Shown here: positions 44,358 to 53,398 of the stretch, piece after piece
How the letters are laid out: the number at the start of each line of letters is the position of its first letter
Numbering within the stretch: the first letter of the stretch is position 1
Source: Patescibacteria group bacterium
Lineage (GTDB): Bacteria; Patescibacteriota; Patescibacteriia; Magasanikbacterales; UBA922
Reading direction: 5' to 3'
NCBI GenBank assembly: GCA_018823045.1
Contig: JAHJIX010000017.1
Coordinates: 52,300 to 116,299, forward strand
DNA: 64,000 nt
Position numbers and translations under genes: made by a program
The notes under the pieces: generated by a model
Told to the model about the DNA's origin: nothing
The model's database searches: none
The model's input: the letters and a program-made list of their open reading frames with translations, nothing else

Positions 44358-45797
44358 TTAATCCAAATCCCGTACTTCAAGCAAATTTACATGCCCTTTT
44401 TGTCCAACAGGCTCTCCAGCAACGATAATAATTCTGTCTCCTTTTTTTAATAATTTTTTTTCTTTTAAATGCACCAAAGAACGTTCAATCAGTTCTTCAA
44501 TCGTATGACAACGAGGCAAGACAAATGGTTGCACTCCCCATGAAAGAGCCAACTGGGCCTCAACACGCTTATTTTCTGCCGCAACAAATACTGGCAACTC
44601 TGGACGATACCGACTAATTAAACGACCTGTTTCTCCTGATAAAGAAGCCGCTAAAATAGCTTTTGCTCCAACATCTTCTGCAAGCACTCGAGAAAGACCA
44701 CTAATAATATCATCTACATTATGTTTATTTTTTTGAATATATACAGGTAACGAATCGTAGGTTGATTTTTCAACTTCAGAAATAATAGCATGCATCATTT
44801 CCACTGATTTTACTGGATAAGCCCCCATAGCAGTTTCATTTGATAACATAACTGCATCTGTATGATCAATAACAGCATTTGCCACATCAGACACTTCCGC
44901 ACGTGTTGGTCGTGGATTACTATACATGGAATCAAGCATCTGAGTTGCAACGATAACCGGTTTTGCCTGAAGAAGACATGCATCAATTAACCGTTTTTGA
45001 ACGAGTGGAACCTGTTGAACAGGAATTTCAATTCCTAAATCACCGCGCGCAACCATAATACCATCAGATACTTCAATAATTTCTTTCATATGCTCAACAG
45101 CTTCTCTTCGTTCTATTTTTGCAATAATTTTAATTGGATGTTCTTGTACAATATTTTTTTCTTGTACATATGCATCAATAAAATATCGTAAATCTAAAAT
45201 ATCTTGTGGACGAGTCACAAAAGACATCGCAATCATGTCTACTTGTTGCTCTATACCAAACAACACATCTTCTTTATCTTTATCAGTAAGTACGGGAATA
45301 TGAGAAACAACATCAGGAACATTAATCCCTGCATAAGAAAATATTTTTCCAGCAACAACTACCACAGCATATATTCGAGTACCAACAATACTGGTAATAG
45401 ATACTTCTACTTTTCCATCTGATAACAATAAACGCTCTCCTGCTTGTACCATCGTATGCAATTGATCATATCCTATTGGAATAATATCTTCATGATATTT
45501 TTCTAATCCTGTATCAAATATAATCGCCTCATCTTCAGCAAGCATAATTCCTTCTTCAGGAAGTATTCCTAAACGAATTTTTGGTCCCTGTATATCTTGA
45601 AGAACACCAACAACTTGTTGTTTTTCTGTGGCAACCGCACGTACAATACGAATAAAGTTTGCATGATTTTCGTGTGTACCATGAGAAAAATTAAGGCGAG
45701 CAACATTCATTCCAGCATCAATTAATTGACCAATTTTTTCTTCGGTATTACAGGCTGGCCCAAGTGTACATACAATTTTCGTTCTTTTCTTGATCAT
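44358..45797 (-). CDS. pyk: Pyruvate kinase
   Basis: 479 aa. TKIVCTLGPA…ARLNFSHG…MVARGDLGIEIP motifs. Confidence 0.9.
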   Translation of the reverse strand: MIKKRTKIVCTLGPACNTEEKIGQLIDAGMNVARLNFSHGTHENHANFIRIVRAVATEKQQVVGVLQDIQGPKIRLGILPEEGIMLAEDEAIIFDTGLEKYHEDIIPIGYDQLHTMVQAGERLLLSDGKVEVSITSIVGTRIYAVVVVAGKIFSYAGINVPDVVSHIPVLTDKDKEDVLFGIEQQVDMIAMSFVTRPQDILDLRYFIDAYVQEKNIVQEHPIKIIAKIERREAVEHMKEIIEVSDGIMVARGDLGIEIPVQQVPLVQKRLIDACLLQAKPVIVATQMLDSMYSNPRPTRAEVSDVANAVIDHTDAVMLSNETAMGAYPVKSVEMMHAIISEVEKSTYDSLPVYIQKNKHNVDDIISGLSRVLAEDVGAKAILAASLSGETGRLISRYRPELPVFVAAENKRVEAQLALSWGVQPFVLPRCHTIEELIERSLVHLKEKKLLKKGDRIIIVAGEPVGQKGHVNLLEVRDLD

Positions 45798-45861
45798 AAT
45801 ACTTATACATGATAAATAATGAAACTTGTTATAGAATACACATCTACGGTAACCAAGTCTA

Positions 45862-46185
45862 CTACTTTAATAAACCCTCTAATTGCTGAAAAAATGAAGA
45901 AGAAATTCCATCTGCACTTGAATTTCCAAACTCTTGAATATACGTATCAACATACCCTGGTAGATAAAAAATACTTAATAAAATAGCAATAATGATAGGC
46001 AAATAGACAAATACAAAACGGATAAGATTCCCAATACTCATCCACAACAGACGACGCTGGATTTTTTCATTCTGTGCATAAATATCCTCTAACATTTTTT
46101 TTTCAACCACAACAAACTCTTCTTTCTTTTTTTTCTTTGATACGGATTCTTGCACCTTTTCTATTTTTTTGGGCAACATACACAA
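45862..46185 (-). CDS. Small membrane hypothetical protein
   Basis: 107 aa. K/E-rich N-terminus, one TM helix. Confidence 0.35.
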   Translation of the reverse strand: MCMLPKKIEKVQESVSKKKKKEEFVVVEKKMLEDIYAQNEKIQRRLLWMSIGNLIRFVFVYLPIIIAILLSIFYLPGYVDTYIQEFGNSSADGISSSFFQQLEGLLK

Positions 46186-46190
46186 AAAAG

Positions 46191-46646
46191 TTAACTATTT
46201 TTTTTTAGAGATTGCACTGTTTCTTTAAATGTATCAACATCACTAAATGCACGATAAATTGATGCAAAACGAATGTAACCTACATGATCAAAGGCTTTTA
46301 GTTGATCCATTACAATATCTCCAATAACTTTACTCGATATTTCACGTTGTTTCTTTTTTTGAATATCTCGCTCTATTGCAAATAATAATTGGTCAATATC
46401 TTCCTGACCATATGGTAATTTTATAAGAGAATGTTTTATTCCTTCAAGAATTTTATCTCGCTGATAGGCTTCTCTTTTTCCTGTTCTTTTTATCACAATA
46501 ATATCAAGCAATTCAATCTGCTCAAGTGTAGAAAATCTATATTCACAGGCAGTACATTCGCGTCGACGGCGAATACTCATTCCATCAGTACTACCTCTTG
46601 AGTCAACAACTTTTATATCAGGTGATTGGCAAATTGGACAAAACAT
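46191..46646 (-). CDS. nrdR: Transcriptional repressor NrdR (zinc ribbon + ATP cone)
   Basis: MFCPICQSPDIKVVDSRGSTDGMSIRRRRECTACEYRFST… The start is taken at this Met (the ORF-track frame extends 8 codons upstream). Confidence 0.85.
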   Translation of the reverse strand: MFCPICQSPDIKVVDSRGSTDGMSIRRRRECTACEYRFSTLEQIELLDIIVIKRTGKREAYQRDKILEGIKHSLIKLPYGQEDIDQLLFAIERDIQKKKQREISSKVIGDIVMDQLKAFDHVGYIRFASIYRAFSDVDTFKETVQSLKKNS

Positions 46647-46765
46647 ATTATGTAAGAATAGAAATAACATGCCTATTCGGCTTATTTTACAACAAGTCTA
46701 TTATAGCATTTTTTCTTTTATCATAAAAGAAGGCAGTCAACTACCTTCTTTTTATTAAACATTTT

Positions 46766-48097
46766 TTACATTCCCATCTTCTTTCGAATAAATGCAGGGA
46801 TTTCTAAATCATCAGCAGGATCATCATCACTTTTATTCTTTTTTTGTGCAAGTGATTGCTGCATAGACTGCGTTGACATTGTTGATGAATTAATGACCGG
46901 TTTTTGATGTACATCTTCTTCTGTATCAACAACCTGCTTTGTCGTAAATCGTCTCTCTTGCGTAGTAGTTGGTTCAGAAAACATATATTCTGACTCTTCT
47001 CGTTTTGGAGACTCAGGTTCTACTGGTTTTTGAGCAAACGGAGAACGATATGGTTTACTGACTCGTTTAGTAAACACTGAGTGTATTTCTTTTTCTGAAA
47101 GATCCTTTTCAGCAGGAATAATACTTGATGAAATAGAATTTCCACCACGATCAAATCCTGTAGCAATAACAGTAATACGAACATCTTCGCCAAGGCTTTC
47201 ATCAATAACCGTCCCAAAGATTACTTTCACATCATCTGAAGCGCTACTGGTAACAATTTGTGCTGCCTCAGATACTTCTTGCATACCAAGACTTTTTCCA
47301 CCAGTAATAGTAAAAAGAATACCACGCGCACCTTCAATAGACATTTCAAGAAGTGGACTAGAAATTGCCGCTTTTGCAGCATCTGCTGCACGACTTTCTC
47401 CTGAACCAACACCAATACCCATAAGAGATGATCCCTTATCTTTCATAATCGTTTTTACATCAGCAAAATCAACGTTGATTAACCCAGGGACAGTAATTAA
47501 TTCTGAAATTCCTTGCACTCCTTGCCTAAGCACATCATCAGCAATCTTAAATGCATCGAGCATTGAAGTCTTTTTATCTATAATTTGTAAAATACGATCA
47601 TTTGGAATAGTAATGATCGTATCAACATTACGGACCAAATCTTCATATGCTTGATTTGCAATTTTCGTTCTTTGTGGTCCTTCAAAGGTGAATGGTTTTG
47701 TAACAACGGCAACAGTTAAAGCACCAACTTCACGTGCAATTTGAGCAATAGTAGGACTTGCTCCTGATCCGGTTCCTCCACCAAGTCCACAGGTAACAAA
47801 AACCATATCCGTGTCTTTAAGCAATTCACGAATTTCATTTTGTGATTCTTCAGCACTGCGTTTTCCCATTTCAGGATCCATTCCTGCCCCGAGTCCTCGA
47901 GTAACGGTTTTTCCAATATGTAATTTGGTTGCAGCACTATTATGATGCAAGGCTTGTACGTCTGTATTCATGACAACAAATTCAACCCCTCGAATACCGG
48001 TTTTTACCATTCGGTCAACTGCAGAATTTCCTGATCCCCCTACACCGACGACTTTAATTTTTGCAAATGTTTCAACTTCTGGTTTCACTTGCGGCAT
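46766..48097 (-). CDS. ftsZ: Cell division protein FtsZ
   Basis: GVGGSGNSAVDRM…GLGGGTGSGASPTIAQIARE tubulin signature. Long low-complexity C-tail ending in a conserved peptide. Confidence 0.95.
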   Translation of the reverse strand: MPQVKPEVETFAKIKVVGVGGSGNSAVDRMVKTGIRGVEFVVMNTDVQALHHNSAATKLHIGKTVTRGLGAGMDPEMGKRSAEESQNEIRELLKDTDMVFVTCGLGGGTGSGASPTIAQIAREVGALTVAVVTKPFTFEGPQRTKIANQAYEDLVRNVDTIITIPNDRILQIIDKKTSMLDAFKIADDVLRQGVQGISELITVPGLINVDFADVKTIMKDKGSSLMGIGVGSGESRAADAAKAAISSPLLEMSIEGARGILFTITGGKSLGMQEVSEAAQIVTSSASDDVKVIFGTVIDESLGEDVRITVIATGFDRGGNSISSSIIPAEKDLSEKEIHSVFTKRVSKPYRSPFAQKPVEPESPKREESEYMFSEPTTTQERRFTTKQVVDTEEDVHQKPVINSSTMSTQSMQQSLAQKKNKSDDDPADDLEIPAFIRKKMGM

Positions 48098-48228
48098 AGC
48101 TGTTAGTTATTGAACAATTTTTATACTCACTAAAGAAAACTCCTCTAGTATCTATAGTGTATCTTGTTTTTCCTTATAGGTCAAGATACAGCTGGGTACT
48201 ATATAATCATCCGATAGATATACCTATT

Positions 48229-49500
48229 CTACGGAACTAAAAATTTAAATATCTTTCGCATATGAGTGGCTACCTGCTTTCCACCTGGGAACCGAATCAT
48301 ACTTTTATCCCCACTTCTCATATTCATCAGTGCACCCCATTTAACTAAACCAATGGCTCCTGTATATGCAGAATCTTTAATTTTATCAGTGGCACTTTGT
48401 ATCCCATGTGGATATCCAAGTGTTGCATTAACTTGCAATACTTGCTTTGCAACATCAGTCATTCCACGCAACTTTGAACCACCACCTGCAAAAATAGCTC
48501 CTGCAGGTAACAGTGCTTTTCGTTGAATACTTAGTAATTCTGCATTAATTTTTTCCATTAATTCTGTTACGCGAGCTGAAATAATTTCTACCATAAATGC
48601 TTTTGATACAGGCTGAGGCTCTTCACCAAATTCAGATAGGTCAATAATATCATCTGATGAAACTCCTTTCATGGTACATTGACCATAAGCCATCTTTATT
48701 TGATCAGCAACATCAATTGAAGTTTGTAACCCTAAAGCTAAATCATTCGTAATATGATTTGATCCAATAGGAATAACCGCAGAATGAATCATATTTCCTT
48801 CTTCATACACAGCAATAGTCGTAGTGCTTCCACCAACATCAACCATAACAACACCTAATTCTTTTTGACGTGAGGTAAGCACAATATCTGCAGTAGCAAC
48901 AACAGATAACACCAAGTCATCAATATCTATCCCTGTACGATATACAGCTTTACTAATATTTTTAATATGAGAACTTGCGCCATAAATCATTTGTGCATCA
49001 ACTTCTAAACGAATTCCTGTCATACCAACAGGATCTTTTACTCCTGTTTGCCCATCAACAGTAAACGTTTTTGGTAAAATATGAATTACTTCATAATTTA
49101 ATGGTGCAGCAACTGTTTGTGCCGCGTCAACTACTCGTGAGACATCTTCATAAGAAATTTCTCCATCACTTTTAGCTACAGCAACAACTCCCCTACTTTC
49201 TTGAGAAATAATTTGCGCACCACATATACCTATCCAAGCATGCTCAACAGGAACACCAACTAAACGTTCAGCTTCTTCAAGTATATGAGAAACAGATGAG
49301 ACCACTTCTTCAATACTCGTTATAGTGCCCCGATGCATCCCTTCAGATGCTACTTCTGCGGTACCAATAATTTGAATATCAGGTGCTTGACCATCAGTAA
49401 ATACATATTGTCCTATGGCAATACGAATAGCCGTTGACCCAATATCCAGGCCAGCAATAATATCTGTATGTGTGTTCCCACGAACCATATTGGTATTCAT
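48229..49500 (-). CDS. ftsA: Cell division protein FtsA
   Basis: Actin-fold motifs GLDIGSTAIRIAIGQ and VMVDVGGSTTTIAVYEEG. Lies immediately upstream of ftsZ. Confidence 0.9.
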   Translation of the reverse strand: MNTNMVRGNTHTDIIAGLDIGSTAIRIAIGQYVFTDGQAPDIQIIGTAEVASEGMHRGTITSIEEVVSSVSHILEEAERLVGVPVEHAWIGICGAQIISQESRGVVAVAKSDGEISYEDVSRVVDAAQTVAAPLNYEVIHILPKTFTVDGQTGVKDPVGMTGIRLEVDAQMIYGASSHIKNISKAVYRTGIDIDDLVLSVVATADIVLTSRQKELGVVMVDVGGSTTTIAVYEEGNMIHSAVIPIGSNHITNDLALGLQTSIDVADQIKMAYGQCTMKGVSSDDIIDLSEFGEEPQPVSKAFMVEIISARVTELMEKINAELLSIQRKALLPAGAIFAGGGSKLRGMTDVAKQVLQVNATLGYPHGIQSATDKIKDSAYTGAIGLVKWGALMNMRSGDKSMIRFPGGKQVATHMRKIFKFLVP

Positions 49501-49613
49501 GAAATACTTACGTTCTTTATATGCGTAAGCGATGAGTAAATATCACCCTCTTTTTCTTCTACATTGTGTATATAAACACAAAAAAGTGCTTCGTATACAT
49601 TAGTATATCATTT

Positions 49614-49973
49614 TTACCAAAAGAACTCAAACATATACGGCCAAAATAATATCCCTCCAATAACAACGGCTCCTATTGATGCCATCAACACCATTGCCGC
49701 TAACATATCCTTTACAATCTTTACCTGATATACCAAACGAGGTCTGAGTACATCAAGCATCTTTTCAAATACCGTATTTAATATTTCAAGTGTCAATACC
49801 GCTAAACTCATTGCAACAACAACAATCATCTCCCAACGATTCATCCCCACAAAAATTCCTCCAGCTATGACAATATAGGCACAAATCAATTGTAAACGAA
49901 AATTATATTCATGTTGAAATACATAAACTATACCTTCCCAAGCATACAAAAAACTTTTTAATACTTTTTTCAT
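49614..49973 (-). CDS. dgkA: Diacylglycerol kinase (DgkA family)
   Basis: 119 aa, three TM helices. ENxxR-type N-terminus and LEILNTVFEKMLDVLRP core. Confidence 0.7.
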   Translation of the reverse strand: MKKVLKSFLYAWEGIVYVFQHEYNFRLQLICAYIVIAGGIFVGMNRWEMIVVVAMSLAVLTLEILNTVFEKMLDVLRPRLVYQVKIVKDMLAAMVLMASIGAVVIGGILFWPYMFEFFW

Positions 49974-50392
49974 AAGAACTTTTTTATATACTGTTCTTGC
50001 AACTGATACATCTGTTGTGCTTCTTTTTCTTTTTGATGGTCATGCCCCAATAAATGAAGGAGGCCATGTACTAACATGCGCATACTTTCTTCACGATACG
50101 ATACATCAAAACGTTTTGCCTGTGCACGAATATATGGTACTGAAATAAAAATATCACCTAAATCTTCTGTTGGTGTAATCCACTCTCCCTCTTGCTGTGC
50201 AAACGATAAAACATCGGTAGAATACTCTTTTCCTCTATATTGTTTATTTAGACGTTTCATTTTTGTATCTCCAATAAAATGCACACTCACATCTCCATGT
50301 ACCTTAGACTGTTTTAATATAAAAGAAACAAGTTCTTTAATTGTCTTTTCTGAAACACCTTTCTTTTTTACTGTTGAATATATACTAATCAT
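49970..50392 (-). CDS. ybeY: rRNA maturation endoribonuclease YbeY
   Basis: 140 aa. HGLLHLLGHDH zinc-binding motif. 4-nt overlap with dgkA. Confidence 0.85.
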   Translation of the reverse strand: MISIYSTVKKKGVSEKTIKELVSFILKQSKVHGDVSVHFIGDTKMKRLNKQYRGKEYSTDVLSFAQQEGEWITPTEDLGDIFISVPYIRAQAKRFDVSYREESMRMLVHGLLHLLGHDHQKEKEAQQMYQLQEQYIKKFL

Positions 50393-51534
50393 AGCGTTGA
50401 AGAAACAGAGCTTGTCACTACAGGTTCGGGAAGAACAGTTTGCTCTGGAATCACAATATTTGTTTTGCTTGGACGAAAACTTTCCAAAAGCATATTCATA
50501 ATATATGGATATGCAACTGTTTTTGTATCTCCAAATTGATATGTGATCACATAAACAAATGACTCTGACGGAACATACGCCACTAATCCATCATTTCTTT
50601 TATATGCCTCTACGGTAAATATATTAGAAAAACGACTGATATCACTATATGACTCCCCCGTTGCATAACGTGCAAACCATGAACGAAAATTTTCTATATC
50701 AGCTAATGGAATTGCTCGAATATCAATATAATCTCCTGTAATACTACTCACTAATACATGCGCTGATTTTGGGTCAACACTTGCAGCATTCCATGACAAT
50801 GGATAATATAAACGATATCCATACTCTGGATTAATATATTCTCGCACCAATCCAGAATCAATTAATTTCATAGGTGCTACACCTTTTGGATTATATAAGT
50901 GTGCAACTTCTTGTCCATCATAATATCCATCTCCATCTGTATCCCAAACAGACAAATCAACGCCAAACACTTCTTCTTCTGCGTCAGTCAGCTCATCATT
51001 ATCTTGATCAGCTCCTTTTGTAAAAAATATATTAGGGAATTGTAAAGGAAGAATAGTTACAATCCCCATATTTGATTCTTCTTTTATGATCGTTGATGTT
51101 GTACTTGTCACAACAATTGGGATCACTTCTTCTTTCACTTCAGGAAGAGTTGAGGAAACAATAGGCACTACAACCTCTTGTTCGGGTACAAATACTTGAG
51201 GAATAACTGTTGCTTGTTGTTTTTTTGCATCAGACAAATAATACCACGTAGCTCCTGTAATAAATATAATAAAAAAAAGTATAAATGCAACAATCCAAGG
51301 CCATTTTTTCTTTGGTCTGTCTTGAGGAATATACTCATATACTGATTTCTTTTTTTCTCTAATATCTTCAGAAAATCGTGCAGGAATAGATTTGTTTTCT
51401 GCCATTTGTTCTTCAGGAGATTTTTTATAAATTTCAGGATTTTTTCCACCATAAAAAGAACTCGGTATTATTTGAATATCTACCGCGTCTTTTTTTTGTT
51501 GTTCTGCTTTTGGTTGTACTAAAGTAGATTTCAT
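50389..51534 (-). CDS. Membrane-anchored hypothetical protein with one EF-hand-like loop (DTDGDGYYDGQE) + GYNPxG motif (paralog 1 of 3)
   Basis: 381 aa. Charged N-terminus, single TM (WIVAFILFFIIFITGATWYYL), then DTDGDGYYDGQEVAHLYNPKG. Confidence 0.5.
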   Translation of the reverse strand: MKSTLVQPKAEQQKKDAVDIQIIPSSFYGGKNPEIYKKSPEEQMAENKSIPARFSEDIREKKKSVYEYIPQDRPKKKWPWIVAFILFFIIFITGATWYYLSDAKKQQATVIPQVFVPEQEVVVPIVSSTLPEVKEEVIPIVVTSTTSTIIKEESNMGIVTILPLQFPNIFFTKGADQDNDELTDAEEEVFGVDLSVWDTDGDGYYDGQEVAHLYNPKGVAPMKLIDSGLVREYINPEYGYRLYYPLSWNAASVDPKSAHVLVSSITGDYIDIRAIPLADIENFRSWFARYATGESYSDISRFSNIFTVEAYKRNDGLVAYVPSESFVYVITYQFGDTKTVAYPYIMNMLLESFRPSKTNIVIPEQTVLPEPVVTSSVSSTL

Positions 51535-51564
51535 ATTGAAATATAGTACATTTAAATACCGATC

Positions 51565-52776
51565 CTACATACCTTCAGGAATACGTGCACACGCGGCTAA
51601 TTGCTTAGCAATATCTTCTACTACTTTATTATATACTACTAAATCTTCCCATAACTCTGGTTTTTGCAGTAATGTAATGTCTTGTGCAAGTGCTGCAGGA
51701 ATACTATATCCCTGCGCATCTAAATCAAGCATTACTGTTTCAACAGCAAGCAAAATATCTTCACCAGTACACTGACTTAAATCAACACTATTGGTTGGTT
51801 CAGATATGGGTTTTACTTCTAAAATACGTCCAGGTCCAGCAGGATTATATCCATTTTTTACTTCTTGACCATCAAGATAGGTATCGCCATCACTGTCTTG
51901 GACTAATGGATCTGTTTTCCAAATAGTAACTTCATTTCCATCACTTAAATCATCTCCATCAGTATCCCAATTATACGGATCTGTCCGTAGTGTTTCTTCT
52001 CGTAAATCATCAAGCCCATCTTCATCTGAATCAAGTGGCTGACCAAATAAAATATCATTTTCTCTTGTTTTTGTAGTATTAAGTGCATTGTCTTCTACTG
52101 GATTTAATATCTCATCAATAACAGGTGTTGTAAACTCTTCATCTAAAGTAGTGTCTACCAATGGCTCTTGAAATGCAGGAACAACGACGGTTGGCTCAAC
52201 AATAAATGATTGATAAATCCAAAAACCACCACCACCTAAAATAGCAACCACCACCACAATGATAATAGCAGACATAATTCCCCGACTCAGTGCAGGCTCT
52301 TTAATCCGATACAAATCATCTTGTGCTCCTTGTGGAAGTACATCAATTCCTCCGATATCTCCACCGGAAATTTGTCCATCCATATATGATGGTGCTTGAC
52401 CAGTCATCGGTATTTTTTCTTGAATTTGGTGCTGTGTTCTTGCAATTAACGGCTCTTCAAACGTTGTTGGTGGCACTCCTTCCATAGCAGGTGCCACTTG
52501 TGGAATGACTGGCTCTGGTGGCACTGTAGGAGAAACAGGATCAACTGACGGCATTTGATCAACTTGCTTTGGACGCAAAATTCCAGCATCAAGTGCACTT
52601 GGAGGTGCCTGAGGTATTTCTGGTGGAATAGCCCCTGGTACCGCCTGCACTGGCATTTGTGGCACAGCTGGTGTTGCCATAGGGTCCGTTCCCGCAAAAA
52701 TATCTTCAGTGCCATTAGCAATTGGTAAATTTGGTGGGATTTGTCCTAGGGCAACTCCCTGATGATCATCAAACAT
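51565..52776 (-). CDS. Membrane-anchored Pro-rich hypothetical protein with two EF-hand-like loops (paralog 2 of 3)
   Basis: 403 aa. Pro-rich N-terminus, TM (IMSAIIIVVVVAILGGGGFWIY), then DTDGDDLSDGNEV and DSDGDTYLDGQEVKNGYNPAGPG. Confidence 0.5.
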   Translation of the reverse strand: MFDDHQGVALGQIPPNLPIANGTEDIFAGTDPMATPAVPQMPVQAVPGAIPPEIPQAPPSALDAGILRPKQVDQMPSVDPVSPTVPPEPVIPQVAPAMEGVPPTTFEEPLIARTQHQIQEKIPMTGQAPSYMDGQISGGDIGGIDVLPQGAQDDLYRIKEPALSRGIMSAIIIVVVVAILGGGGFWIYQSFIVEPTVVVPAFQEPLVDTTLDEEFTTPVIDEILNPVEDNALNTTKTRENDILFGQPLDSDEDGLDDLREETLRTDPYNWDTDGDDLSDGNEVTIWKTDPLVQDSDGDTYLDGQEVKNGYNPAGPGRILEVKPISEPTNSVDLSQCTGEDILLAVETVMLDLDAQGYSIPAALAQDITLLQKPELWEDLVVYNKVVEDIAKQLAACARIPEGM

Positions 52777-52788
52777 ATAACAATAATT

Positions 52789-53286
52789 TTATTGAACAGG
52801 AATATTTCCTGCGCCATTAGGATTATAGCCTTTTAATATTTCAAAACCGTCAGCAAATCCATCGCCATCTGTATCTCTATTTAATGGATCAGTATTCCAC
52901 ACAGTTATTTCTACTTGATCACTTATCCCATCTCCATCAGTATCAAAATCATCTGATGATGTGCCGAGTCGCTCTTCTTCACTATTTGAAATACCATCTC
53001 GATCAGTATCATCTGGATATAAATCAATACGCTCAACCACTTCTTTTTGTTCTTCTATTATCTGTGGAACATCAGTGTTATCTTTTTCTTTTGAAAGAGA
53101 AGAAAAGACAAGTACTAATAGAACACTCACCAACACAAATATACCGACAAGCAAAAATACTCCCCATTTTCTTTTTTTCGACGGAGGAACAGGAGAAACA
53201 GCCGGCATTTGTGCTTGCCTGTTTTGCGGTTGATATTGTGGTGGCATTTGTTGATATGTTGGTTCCATAATGATGTACGTTATCAT
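52789..53286 (-). CDS. Membrane-anchored hypothetical protein with three EF-hand-like loops (paralog 3 of 3)
   Basis: 165 aa. TM (WGVFLLVGIFVLVSVLLVLVF), then DTDRDGISNSEE, DTDGDGISDQVE, DTDGDGFADGFEILKGYNPNGAGN. Confidence 0.5.
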   Translation of the reverse strand: MITYIIMEPTYQQMPPQYQPQNRQAQMPAVSPVPPSKKRKWGVFLLVGIFVLVSVLLVLVFSSLSKEKDNTDVPQIIEEQKEVVERIDLYPDDTDRDGISNSEEERLGTSSDDFDTDGDGISDQVEITVWNTDPLNRDTDGDGFADGFEILKGYNPNGAGNIPVQ

Positions 53287-53398
53287 GTACGCTATATTTT
53301 TTCACAAATATTTTTATCATTGCACAATCGTGTATCTAGTATACCATAAAACAAGTACACCCGTCATTATATCTTTATAATGACGGATAACTTATTTG

